Assembly (NCBI GenBank): GCA_003344405.1
Contig: NOWV01000142.1
Span: 62,001 to 126,000 of the forward strand
Direction of reading: 5' to 3'
Source: Trichoplax sp. H2
Lineage: Eukaryota
DNA length: 64,000 nt
In this document: positions 1-13,015 of the stretch, piece after piece
How the letters are laid out: every line of letters begins with the position of its first letter
Numbering within the stretch: the first letter of the stretch is position 1
Notes under the pieces: model-generated
What the model saw: the letters and a program-made list of their open reading frames with translations, nothing else
Databases searched by the model: none
Told to the model about the DNA's origin: nothing
Made by a program: the position numbers and the translations under genes

Positions 1-3000
1 AAAAATTGACGGATTCATGATAAATAACTCTATGCTGTGCCCCGACAACACCAAATCAAAATTTGAAGAGCTGGACTGCACCACAGTCGACTGGTCTACT
101 GTAGACAATATAGCAACCTGAGTAAGCACCAAGGGTAACTCACTTGAAAACTCAGCGTGCACTTCTCACTTCTCAGTAATGAATTGCCACAAGTTAGCAT
201 GATTAAAAATGAAGACTCAATAAAGTTCATGACATTGCAGATGCTTCATTGCTGTGATTGAATTTTGGCAATGGGAAATATGAGCAGATACTCTCGACGT
301 AGTGGTGATTATTGTATTAGTTGAAGACGAGTCCGTCATCCTAGGAAGAAATCGTTTACTACTGGATGCAAATCATGCACATTATATAGTAATGCGTGTT
401 AATTTTCACTGTCGTGATTATATTGAACTCCTACCGCAACTTCCAACAGCTACATCTTTCACTGTCTAGCTTTAAATGACTTATCATTGCTGTAAGAAAT
501 ATTCATTGCAATGAAATGCAAAGTTGGTTCAAAAATAAATACTGATCAACGTCTCGCTCTGTGATCAACTTAATTTGTCTACTAATTACCAATAATGAAT
601 AATTATAGCATGCTTTCCTAAGACCGGACTACAAACCTACGGTTAACAGGTATAACGATAAATCACAAACCTATATTGAATAACGAAGTAGCCAATGCTA
701 AATCAGAAGTATTTCCTATGTCATAAAAGACAGTATTTAAAATTTAAACGTTCAACGGACTCTACGGGAAAGAATAATTTATAATTAAATAAATAATAAA
801 AGATATATGGAATCCAGTGTATACCGGAAGCACAGATTACATCAAAATTAGAAGAGTTTTTCACTGTCTGTTAGCGTTTGCAATACAACTACTGTATACT
901 GTAAAATCTACTTTGGCCACATTTTACTCGTATTAACTGTAAAATAGAATTTTAAAATTCAGATATTTATTCACAGCAGTGAACATATTAACGTAAATAC
1001 CGCAAATAGTATAAATAAATATGAGATAATCCACCCTTTTGTACGGTACAGCAAATTACGTCAATTGTGAGCTATAGAGCGTGATAATGGTTAAAGGTGC
1101 CACCACTGCCACGTCGTATAGGCAGTAGAAAGTAAAATATGGCATGCAATCCATGAAAGACAAGCACACACCTTTAAGAATTTTTTTAATTTTCACCCAA
1201 GTCTCTAGCTTACTTCCTACTACCACCGATAAAAAAACTACAATTGAGTAATAAGGTGCATTAGGCGAATTACGCGTATACTCGTATTGTTAATATTTAT
1301 CGTGAGCGGACACACTGTAAGGTTATCGGGTTATACCGTATTATCACGCCATGATCTGTCGCATCCAGTAGCTATATTATTGATCTTGTGTTTATGTCAT
1401 AGTTTTTAATGATACAGCATTTATTCCTGTAGGCCTGCAAGAATGGTCACTAAATAATAACTAATTAATACATTATTTAGGCATTATAATGGCAATCATG
1501 GCAATTACTAAGGACTTAATACAACGACCTATTGCATTTCTATAAATTGGACGTAAATTGATTTGATGACATTTCAGAATATTTAGTCTAAAAGCCAAAG
1601 AACCCTTACCTCATTAAGTCAAAGAAGAAGCAAGCTCGTCAATACTGTTCACTATATCTACAATTCAAATGGCTATCATAAAGATACATTTTATTTATTG
1701 ACTAATGCTGTAACCCTATTGTGCTAAATCACTAAATAACTTTTACATATGGCTTTGAAGACATAAAAAAATACGAAATTTCAATATGGTGTTCGCGTGT
1801 GTGTTGTCTGCGAGTATCAATGCCGTATCCTAGCAGATACAAAATAGATTTATGCCTATTACTTTCCCATATCATCACTATTCTTTATTCGTCTCCTTCA
1901 AATATATTATAATGACATCATGACATTTATCTATTAGCACAATAAATTATGTAGCTATTGTCTCTGGAATAGGAGTCCTTTGCATCTTTTAGCTGCATTA
2001 TGTCGCATATCCATAATATACACATAATATAAATGTCGCTATCATTCATTTGTAAACCGCGATACATTGATGTATTTTTCTATTGTAGAATATAGAACAA
2101 TTACTAGGTCGTCAAAGTCAAGAGCAGGCAAATAATAAAAATCTACTTAATCAGCCTATTGTTGTATGGACATGCATACTCTAGTAAAATTTATTCTTAC
2201 AGCACAGCAACATATAAGAGGCGTAGAGCGTACATGATTTGAAAGATAGTTACGTGAATTATAATAGTAAATAATTTTATTATTGCGTTTATTTTCTCTC
2301 TTAGTTCTGCTGTTATTGTTGAAATCGCCAGTTGTCTATTCTGCTTAAATAGCTAATAAATTAACTTAAAATAACAGAAGATATTTGTTACTATTCTCTA
2401 TATTCTCAGTGAATCATATTTTAAACATGTAACAAAAATGATTCTTCAGCCATCCATTATCTCATATTGGACTCATCTTAAGTTATACGATTTGTCACTG
2501 AAATTGATGATTATAATTAGCAGATGAAATGGCAGTATTGGTAGTAATAATTTAAAAGATGGCAAATTAAAGATTTTTCATGTTTAAAATTTTAGGCCCG
2601 CCAGTAGAATAACCTTGACTTTTTGATCTGAGACACTATCATTTGCGAGGCAAAGAAATATTAAATAAATGTTCTCCAAGTCATTCTTAAAGAACTTTCT
2701 TATTTATTACTTAGATAGGGGGCAAAGTACGTAGATAGAATAAAGAATAATAAATAATCCAAATTGGAATACAAAATGAACTGTTGCACATCCTGCTTTG
2801 CATCGATGCGATTGATATGAGTTACAGTATAATCCGATTATCAATATGGCAATTACCAACCATTGCTAAAGGATTTAAATAAGTGATACTTGTAAAATTA
2901 ATATACAGTACTATACGTGTATTATAAGATAAATAACTGATCTAGCCCACAATTTCAATGTAAAGCGTCTCCTGTTGAGATTAATTAACGCAATTTCGAT

Positions 3001-6000
3001 AGTTCCTTAGTATGTTTTACAATCTTGAATTACAGCGGATCAAGTATGGTATATCATGAAACATTATCGCAGTAAGATAGATGAGGCGGTATTTGTGTAA
3101 GTCTTTTCAACGTTAGTAATAAAAGATTCGATGAGCTATTGTCGTCATAAATAAACAAATTGTATATTCTTTGCTCCTGCTGCTCCAGCATAGAGTATGT
3201 TTACGCTGCGCTGCTAGCGCCAAGCACCATGTATCCATAGAATACTGTATACTATACAGGTATAGCTACTACCTAATGGAATGGATATGTTCTCTTTAAT
3301 AAAGTAGGAAACAAAATACTAACTTCAACGATTTAGTATTGCATTACTCTATGTTGAATAATACCCTGACCTCGTAAATAAGTAATCAGTGTTACTGATT
3401 ATTCACTGGCAAATAAGCCTGTAGTCGGTAATGAGCTATACGAGTATTAGCACTATTAAAAAAAACTTCACCAACTAAACTATGCTTGGGCTGTACCCGA
3501 TTTATGGCGGTTAATACTCCACGTACTACATTTTACATCATTTTATCAAACTTATTAAAAATACAGCAAATAGCTTACCTCCAGTTGATAAAATCGACAA
3601 TAAATTTCTGCTATATCCTAGTATTACTGCATACTTTTAGATCTCAAGATACCACACCAAAATGATTACTCGTAGTAGTTAACTACCTTAATATGATAAC
3701 AAAGAACCTGTGTAATGTTATCTTTGATTCTTTGCAGCACTCAAATAAAAGATTAAAATGCAATACTTTAATTTCTATGTGTACTGTTCGAGTTTAACTT
3801 TCATAAAACTGGTGTTAAACAGTGAGTTGATCATCTAACCTGTATGCTTTTAATGTACAGAACAGAATAAACATGTTGTCGGCACTAAACATTCATTACT
3901 CTTACACTTATACACGTACGAAGATGATAAGGTTTCCATTTGTACCAGTATAATTGTACTAGACCGTACACACTGATGGACTGCTAGAGAATAGTTGTCC
4001 ATAGCATAACTAAGTGAACACTCACTAATATATTCTTTCCTTTTGCTCAGGAATTTGCAGCCTAATAGAGCAAACGGGAAGCATCTATTAGGATATTACT
4101 CCTTTCCTAACACAATTATTTAACGGCCATAAAGCTATGACCTTAGCTAAGTAGTCAACGAGAACGTTTACTTATACTACTGTATAAAGCATAATCAGTA
4201 AAGATTTTAATGGACTTAAAAGGAAGAGTTATTTGATGATACTTTACATAGAGCTGTACCTAACATCAATCTTGTATGGCAAAGACGAAAGCAGTGACCA
4301 CGCCAGTTCAGATTTAGTTTTTATTTTTATTTTAGTTTTACTCAGTAAATAATACTGCTTATTGCTGTTTCTTTCCTATCTGGGAGAAGTAAGATCATGA
4401 AAGGGGGTGGAAGATCACAACTGGGAACGCTGACCTCCCTCGAATAATTCTAGGGAGCCAGTCAGCTTTGCACTGTGTAGTCCTGGTCCCGGTTAGCTGT
4501 AAAATCCACAAGTTTCGCTTCAATTGAATTTAATTTATCGTGGTAAACGATTGTTGTATTTGTATTTCGGATCACAGCACGCTGTACGTATATTGCATGC
4601 CAAATTTGCTAACTGGTAGTAAATTGTAGCAATTGCAGCAGTTGGTGGACACAGCAGTGATGCGATATAATTAAAAGTTGAAGACTGCATGTAGCGAGGT
4701 AAATAACTATAGTGCAATTAATATCTTCAATCTCGATAAAGCAAGACTCTTGCAGAGGTAACATCTTAAGTGCATATCCACTATTTTATTAACAAGGAGT
4801 ATCTTATAAACGTAGCTGGCAATAATTAATTGAACTCACTATGTGACTGAGCGCCATTTTACGACATGAGTATCATTTTAAGTGCTCAATGCCGTGCTGT
4901 ATGTTCAAAATTTCTACTACAGGGGCCCTACACCCTACTGTAGTCTAGGGTGTAGATTAATCTCTTGACACCAGTGTCCCTAGTGTAAGCCAAGTAAACA
5001 CCAACATCGAGTAAAAACTCCCCAGTTCAACCCTCACCAGGCTTCGTTTTTTAACACAACATATTCTCTGTTTCTGTTGTACAAGTTACTTTAATGCGCT
5101 TGTAAGAATACAACGCCCAGCGATTATGTTCTGACATCCTAGTCAGAGAAATAAATTAAGTTTATGAGCCAGCGCTGAGTGCTGCGCCAAACAAAGCAAC
5201 ACGTACAGACAGTAGAAGAAATGGACGTGTTATCCAATCTAATTACTGGTTACTTGATAGCATTTTCGTCTTACTCAGCAAATTGACGGTATGATGATGC
5301 TAAACGATTACTTAAACTTTATACAGTATTCTAATTTTTGACAATGTTAATTAATTTAATAGCCGATACACCAAGATGAAATGTATATTCTACATTACAG
5401 TAATTCGACACAGTAGTACTTTCAAATGCCTTCGGTGTTTTTCGGTGGTAGGCGAATGAGGAATTTAGCCTATGGCTACTTTGTCAAGTCTACACCATGA
5501 ACTCTGTACCATGTTGACATTATCAAGTAGCACCATAGAGCTTCTATACTGTACTGTAATGGCTAAATACGTCCATTTCTAGGATACAATCAAGCAGACG
5601 AAAGAAAAAGCTTGTTTTGTGTTGCGGATAGAGAACTCCATTTATAATTCACAAAACTCAGCATCCACAAGGTGGATATCCAAGGGTGAATTTATGATCA
5701 AGCGTGCTTGACGCCGTATATCATGAATAACGTCGTCGCTTGTACCTATACCTTAACAATTGAAGTGTTTTGACTAATTCATGGCGTCCCTGCAAATATA
5801 TAATAAAGCAACATAAAAGAATGCGTTGATATAGCAAGAGAGAGGTATCTATTTGGAAGTATTTTTGAGTCAAGGCGACACAAAACTGAATTGATAGGCA
5901 GGATTAGGACGCCGATAGGACTCCATTGACCGTTTTAATGCAGTCTTGACGTCGGCTGGGGAAAACATCTTGAAATCTACTTCTGCCTTCTAGCTCCAAA

Positions 6001-9000
6001 ATGACCCCAATAAAACCACTTGTTTCAAGAGGAGAATTATTCGTATTATTGATTTACAGCATTGACTAAAGTAATTTGTGATATTTGTTCGATAACAGGC
6101 TGGTAAGATCATGTCCGTTGAAAGGCAGACTGGCAAAGGTTGGTAAAGACAACTGCACTATTATATGGAATGGACTACTACTGCACAGTGACGAAGTAGT
6201 TTATATTCAGTACTGTAGTTCATGATTCAAAACATAGTAATACATTGTTCACCATTTGTCTAAGTGGAGATTTTTGATTATCAATGATATTTAATACATA
6301 ATACAGGCATGGTAGACGCCATTCTTCAGTATGAATGCTGTAAAAATAACAGACTACTGTTATTGAGTTCATGTGTACTGGCCAGGCTGACGAATGATGT
6401 AAAAGAATACAAAAGATATACAGTGCAAAAAACACAATATTAGCCATATTGTCTAGTCTATAGGCGAGAATTGAGCATTGTTTCTCTCACCACTTTCATC
6501 ACTCTTCTGTATGTTACACCCACTAAAGCCTGATTACTGGCCTTGTTTAGCCTTGATAGAAGAATGGTAATTGTACTGCAGCCCCTTTCCTTTCCAATTC
6601 TTCATTTGAATTGCTGTTTCCATGTCTCGTCGATCGATGATCCTTTCATTGAATGGCAATAAAGAAGGGCATAGATCATCCGCTTTCAATAGGAAACTCT
6701 TTCGTTACTAGATGATGTTTTGTAGGCTAGATTGTAGCCTGTCCGTATAAGTGTTTATTGTTACTGAAAAGTAGAAGAACTGATTGTGTAATAGAGTCAA
6801 ATTGAACAAGAAATTCAAGCTTTGTCATCTTCCTTTTGGACGCTTGAAAAACATAACTATACCATACAGTAAATCACTTGCAGTGATTGCACATACCGTA
6901 TATTGTCATTTTAATTTATGCCTGTATTCATGCAGTACAGAGACTTCCGCTACTGCTTTGAAATCCCCTAGCCTCAGTACAATAATACTCTTAACCACGG
7001 GCAAATGTAATCCAATAACAGTAGAATGGCAGTGGCATACCCTCATCTCCCGATACAGAATTCGAAAATGCCCAAACTCAAAACCAACCAACAGTTGATG
7101 GCAACTACTGCAAAGAAAGACTTCCTACTTCAGAGTAGTAAAATGCCATACAAACGTGGAATCGATCATGCAGACAAAGAAGGGAATGTTTGTTCCTGAT
7201 CGTGTAGGCCATTGTCATCCAACAAAGGAACTAGACCACGAACTGCGATTAGCAAATATGTCCTTTGATTTACTTAACCAAATGTTTGCGTTGAAATTTT
7301 TTCTTTTTTCGCCATCTAAATTGAAATTACTAATCCCCTCTACCCTTTCTCCATGTCCACTTTGAAAAGGGAAAGTGTGACACCAGTGATGGCAAGTGAT
7401 ACATTACTACATGTTGAATAACTGTCCAAAAAAATTGAAGTAGTCTACTCAAGAGTGGACACTTGACAGTCATGATGCCAATACGTTGGAAATATTAAAA
7501 TGATCACTTTTTTCAATCAAACCACAGTATATGTTATATGAACATGAATATGATTTTAAATAAATTGCTACTCTAATTTTCTTCAAAGTTGTTGCGATTA
7601 CCTGCATCAAAAAATTGAGTACTGAATTGTGCATGGGTGTATTGAAAGGGATGACACAAGGTTGTCCCTGCTCTGTTCATGGACAAAAAATGCTTTAACT
7701 CTTAATTGAATGAATGCCTTTTACTTGAAGACGCCTTTTAAACCGATATTTTCAATCAAATGTTGCTAGATAGATTGCCAAGGAGACACAGCGAATACTA
7801 CAGTAAACTGTAATAGGTTTGAACGTTTTTACCACCGCAAGATGTGGTTCCCAGGTTAACATTATCCAACGTAGAATTGAAAATTACATAAAAGGAACTG
7901 ACAAACCTGAATTAGATACACGTTAGCTGCTACAGAAGGTAGTCTGTCTAGCAAGAGATACTGTCGGCGGGAAAAAACGTGATTGGGAAATGCAACGGAA
8001 TTGAACTCCGTGTGAAGGGTGTTTAATCGTGATTGACTAGGGTGGGGGGGGGGGGGAATTTCAATATTATACAGAAGTAGTGTGTTTTAAAAATATGGTA
8101 ATTCCAGGGATTACTAAAAGAGGAAATATTCAAACGATATACAGTAGTATGCAGTAAAGAACTGTGATGTAAAATACTATACTGTAGTCGGTTTTTTGCG
8201 AATAAAGTAAATGCAGATTATATTGTGGTTGGTACGATCAAGGTATATATAAACTATTCGCACAACGTATAACATTAGAGTCTTGCTCTAATTGAACATC
8301 CAATAGAATTGAATCCAGGAGATTGCGAATCTAGGGGTTAATATAGCGAAAATTCGAATGATAGAAATAACACAGGGACTTTAACGGTAATGCTTTTTCT
8401 TACTTTCATTGATTTCGATATGATCAGTTTTTCGAACATTCTATTGCTGTATGAGGTCATTTATCCTGTTCAAATCCGTTCTTATCTTATCTAATTATGT
8501 TATTAATTTAAATGTACTACAATACAAATGCACATATAGAATACAAGACTATGCTAAGAGCCTTACTAGAGCAAATGATATTTAATCTACTTTAACTAAT
8601 TCATGGCAACTAAAACCCATTCATTACAGGTACATATTAATTAAGTTATAGTAAGTCGTAAATTAGTTAAAATAGATTAAACGCAATTCGTTCTATAATC
8701 ATTCCAATGTTACTATTGATTCATTTCGTGGTATAGGTACGCTCGATATTAGCGTACAACTCATGATATTATCATTGAACTATTTTCTAGCGAACTCTTT
8801 TTATGTTAACAATTGATGATGTTTAGCACTTAAGATAAAGATTGATTATATAGTATCCATGCGTATGAAGAGAAGAGGAGATATAATAATTAGCAACAGT
8901 TGTGCAAATCAATGAAAAGGTAATCATAATTATTGAAGCTTTGCTACTAAATTCTCCAAGTGCTTGTATTTTTGTCGACTTTCTTCCTCATGGTGCTCGT

Positions 9001-12000
9001 TTTAGATCAGTTTTTAACGGTGTCACGGCTTCTCTTAAAATTATCAGAGAAGAAGAAAAGGATACAAACCCATTCTTCTTCTATTAGATTCTTGAAAAGC
9101 TCCTGATGTATCTACATTACTACTGAAAAAATCTTTCCTATTTACCACATTGCCCGTTAGTTCATTTAGACGATACAACTTGTAAGCCAGAAATAAAATA
9201 GGTGACCAATAAACTTGTTACCATTCTTATTTTCTATAGAGTCCAATTATTCATTCATTTTGAACGGGTTTATTCTGCTAATTACAGCTCACAAATATAC
9301 TGCAAGAGACAGTGAAGCTACTACAACCGGTATAGCCAAAGATGACTAGAATCCTTGGTATAACTTATGCGAATAAATTATTACAGTATTGCCTCTATTT
9401 TTTGGCTCACATCCTACTGTAAATTAAGGAGAAATTGCCATCATATGAGGTAATATTAGACTTGATCTCTGTTACTTAAGATTATTTTTGGTCATGGTTC
9501 TCTATCAGCTGCTTAATACATGTTAATAAAGATGACCATATGCAAGCCAGTCCCGGTATTACTATAAACTGCTGAAAGTTGATATGCGAAGACCGACAAG
9601 ATGATAAAATTTTATTTTTGAAATTTCCATAGTCTACTGCAAGTTTATGTACTATGTACAGTATGCATGTGAAGGCAAGGTAATCACTCTCAACATTTAA
9701 TTAATTTGATTCCATGCTCACTATTTTCAATTTTATGCGTCTTATATGGTTAGACTAGTGGAGATTATACAATGTGCACTTATCCAAAGTACCAGATTTA
9801 AGCTATCGTGGATTACTGTACGACTACTTACTGTAATCGGTGTCGGTGAAATGGGAACATCTTTATTAATATACAGTATACTCAACTATCATATCGTATC
9901 AGTATCCGATTGATTAATTTGATAAAAAAGTAATTCTGGAAATTAAAAACTGTTGCCAGCGTTAATTTACGGTACAGCAGTTGCATAATCTCCATGCTGC
10001 AACATTTTTATACTGGATTTTCGATTTTTTAAACATAAAGTTTCAAGCCATGCTAGTCCCTAATCATGATTATGATAAACTTAACATAATATAAAATTTA
10101 TGGAAAGTGTGCACAGTAAGTTAATAGAGATTGATTTCATTGATGCTAGCCTATAATTAATCTGAAGCTAGGCGATGATTTAAATAATAATACCAAGATA
10201 ATTGTAAGCAATACTGAGCGTAATATAATTGTGAAGTGAGATTTCGGTAGATGTTTTACAAACTGTAAATACTTGCAATCTAGTCACCAGTGGATCACAA
10301 AACGAATAAAAAGCTTTCAAGGTGCCGTAGTACTATTTATATCAGACATCAAACCGTGAATTACGTACAACTGTGCTGTAAATGCTTTATTCATAACTCA
10401 ATCAATTTTTGGGGATTAGCTTTGCCATCTACTCTTGAGACAGAAGAATTCACATAGTAATGTTTCGTATTATTTAATAGCTACTACTAGCAACCATTGC
10501 TGCTCATATCTTCGAGAACAAATTTTACTCATGTTATACGTATATCTTAAAGGCAATCCTTATAACTTGCAGTACTAATTCACTTTTATTCGATTGAAGA
10601 CCTGGACTGTTAGTGGACTATTTTATATATCTGTAATCGTGACAACCTTCATATACATGCATCAAATACTAGTAAGACTAATTGCTATACATAATATTTG
10701 AAAATCTACCTTGAAAAATAAAGAATTAGATCTCGAAAAGTAACGATTCCTATAGGTATTCTATAGTTGTGGAGTATCGTTCTAGAAAGCGAGAATACAA
10801 AATTACAAAACTAGAAGTTGATATATTCGCTGTATAGAATAAATTCATATTCATCTTAAACCTTAAGGACATTCCCAGAGATCTCTTGTTATATCTATCA
10901 ATAAATATTATCTCAGTGAGCATTTGTCATTCTGTAATCAAATGATTATGTCTTGTCGTAGTTAATATTACTAACAAATATTCTAGGGCGCAAAAACAAT
11001 TGCAGTACCTATATAAGCGTATTTCATTATAATTTTTGGTGTTGACGTCGCTCACAGTACGTAAATAGCTAGCTAGCTAATCAAATAATATAAAGTCAAT
11101 CTTATGCAATTCTTATTTTAACTGCCAGCGCTATTTTAAATTTCATCATTCCATCAAATGCAAAGGTGAAAAAATTTGATATTTTAACTATGACCTTCCG
11201 TTCAATTTGATTTAGTACGGTGAATTATATAGGCCACTGGCATTCTCCTTTTACGATTGACACGATATTTCGTGAAGGAATAGCGACTAGCACTAGTCTA
11301 TTACAAGTAAACTAGTCTATTATAAAGTACAATGTAAATTTTACATTTTGTTAAAATATATACTAAATCTACAGTATAGGTTATCGCGAAGTACAGTATA
11401 AAAATTTAATCTTGATAATTACACATTATAGCTAATTGATATTAAAATGCTATATCTTACAATTAGCACTTAGGTGCAATCGTCCTCGTATGTAACGCTT
11501 TTTAGACTATGGACTTCAAGAAAAGTATTTATATCGATCAAATATTTTCAGCAAATATGTCACACAATGTAAATAAGCTTAATTATATTAGCTGATAGAC
11601 GATGGAAATGATGGATTTATCCTGATTTAAGTTCAATCTCTATTCCGAATTTCGTCAAAAGTAGTTAAACGGTATAGCAATTATCTAATAACACGGTACA
11701 ATCGATAAACATACAAATTTATTTCGTACAGAAAAAATCATTTTCACGATTCTATTATAATGGCTTACCGCCTTTACATAGCAATAAACTTCATGTGCAA
11801 CTTAAAAAATGCATACTGTTAAATTATGTTGTAGCTATATAGCTAGTAAATACTCGAAAATGATGTTATAACATCAGTATAATGTTTAAGATCGCTTCTT
11901 GAATCAATTATTTTCTGTGAATGCTTAAAATCTAGTTAAAATATTGTGCCAGCACGGTATAGCTATTAGACAATAACCGTATATTTGTTACTTTGTTGTC

Positions 12001-13015
12001 ATTAAGATTATTCTGCAAATTGAATATTTTTATATTGATATTGCATAAACTGCACTACCTGCATAATTTAGTCAATAGCTAAATAAAGAATGATTTATAG
12101 ACAGTTATGCACTCGTACTTTATCGTATACCAGAAGGTATAAACGTTTTAGTATCATGATTGCCATAAAAGATTGCATATATGATTGTGAATATCTGCGT
12201 TGAAACGTACAATCAAATGTAATCAATCTACACAGCCATTTTTCTAGCACATAAAACCTTCACATATTTTTTTTACGGTATTTTAGAAAATAAATGTTTA
12301 CTTTAATAAATGACTACTTTAGTACACTTCTATACTATATAATATGTTTTAAACTTAGCTAAAAGGAATAATCGATATCACAATAAAAAATTCCTAGCAT
12401 CCAATCACTTACCAACAATGTTGTCAATCATAGCAAAATCCATAGCTCCCATAACTTAGATATACATAGTAATTCAAAAATATACATTGCCTAAGTATAA
12501 TAAGAAGCGTAAAGTTTTCGTATCGATATTAACTTTACGAATACTTTTTCGCGTAACAGCTGTGCTTAATACTTTGTATTAGCTTTCTCTATTAAATATA
12601 TTCCATAGTCTGATAATTTACGTATATGAAATCCACATATGCTCGTAATACAGTTTTATCATTACATTACCATATTACATCACCAAGCATAGTATCATAG
12701 ATTCTATAAACATGCTAAAATTAAAATAGTATTCATGGATTGTTTGATTATACAATAAAGCTTATTCTTAGTCTACCTACATTATGGTATCAACAAAATA
12801 ATCTTTCAGTATACTGTACAGTGTTCAACATTATGTTACAACGAGCAGGCGCTAAATCGATAATTCGATTATTAAAGGCATATGTAGGCAGGGAAGCCTA
12901 ACACCAAATAGTCCAAGATATCTCTCAAAACTCGAGATGTGGATAGGGATACTAATATAAAATGAAACGATGTTGTCAACACCAATTAGAAGCTGCTAAT
13001 CTTTAAATATCACAG

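Noticed and set aside
6220-7365. Cluster of 60-104 aa ORFs on both strands
   Set aside because: No homology I recognise, several non-ATG starts and no coherent splice structure.
9056-9122. Minus-strand GTATCCTTTT (U12 GT-type donor) after a 57-nt open exon-like segment
   Set aside because: No matching U12 branch site or acceptor and no host gene found. About one such 9-mer is expected by chance in this much AT-rich DNA.
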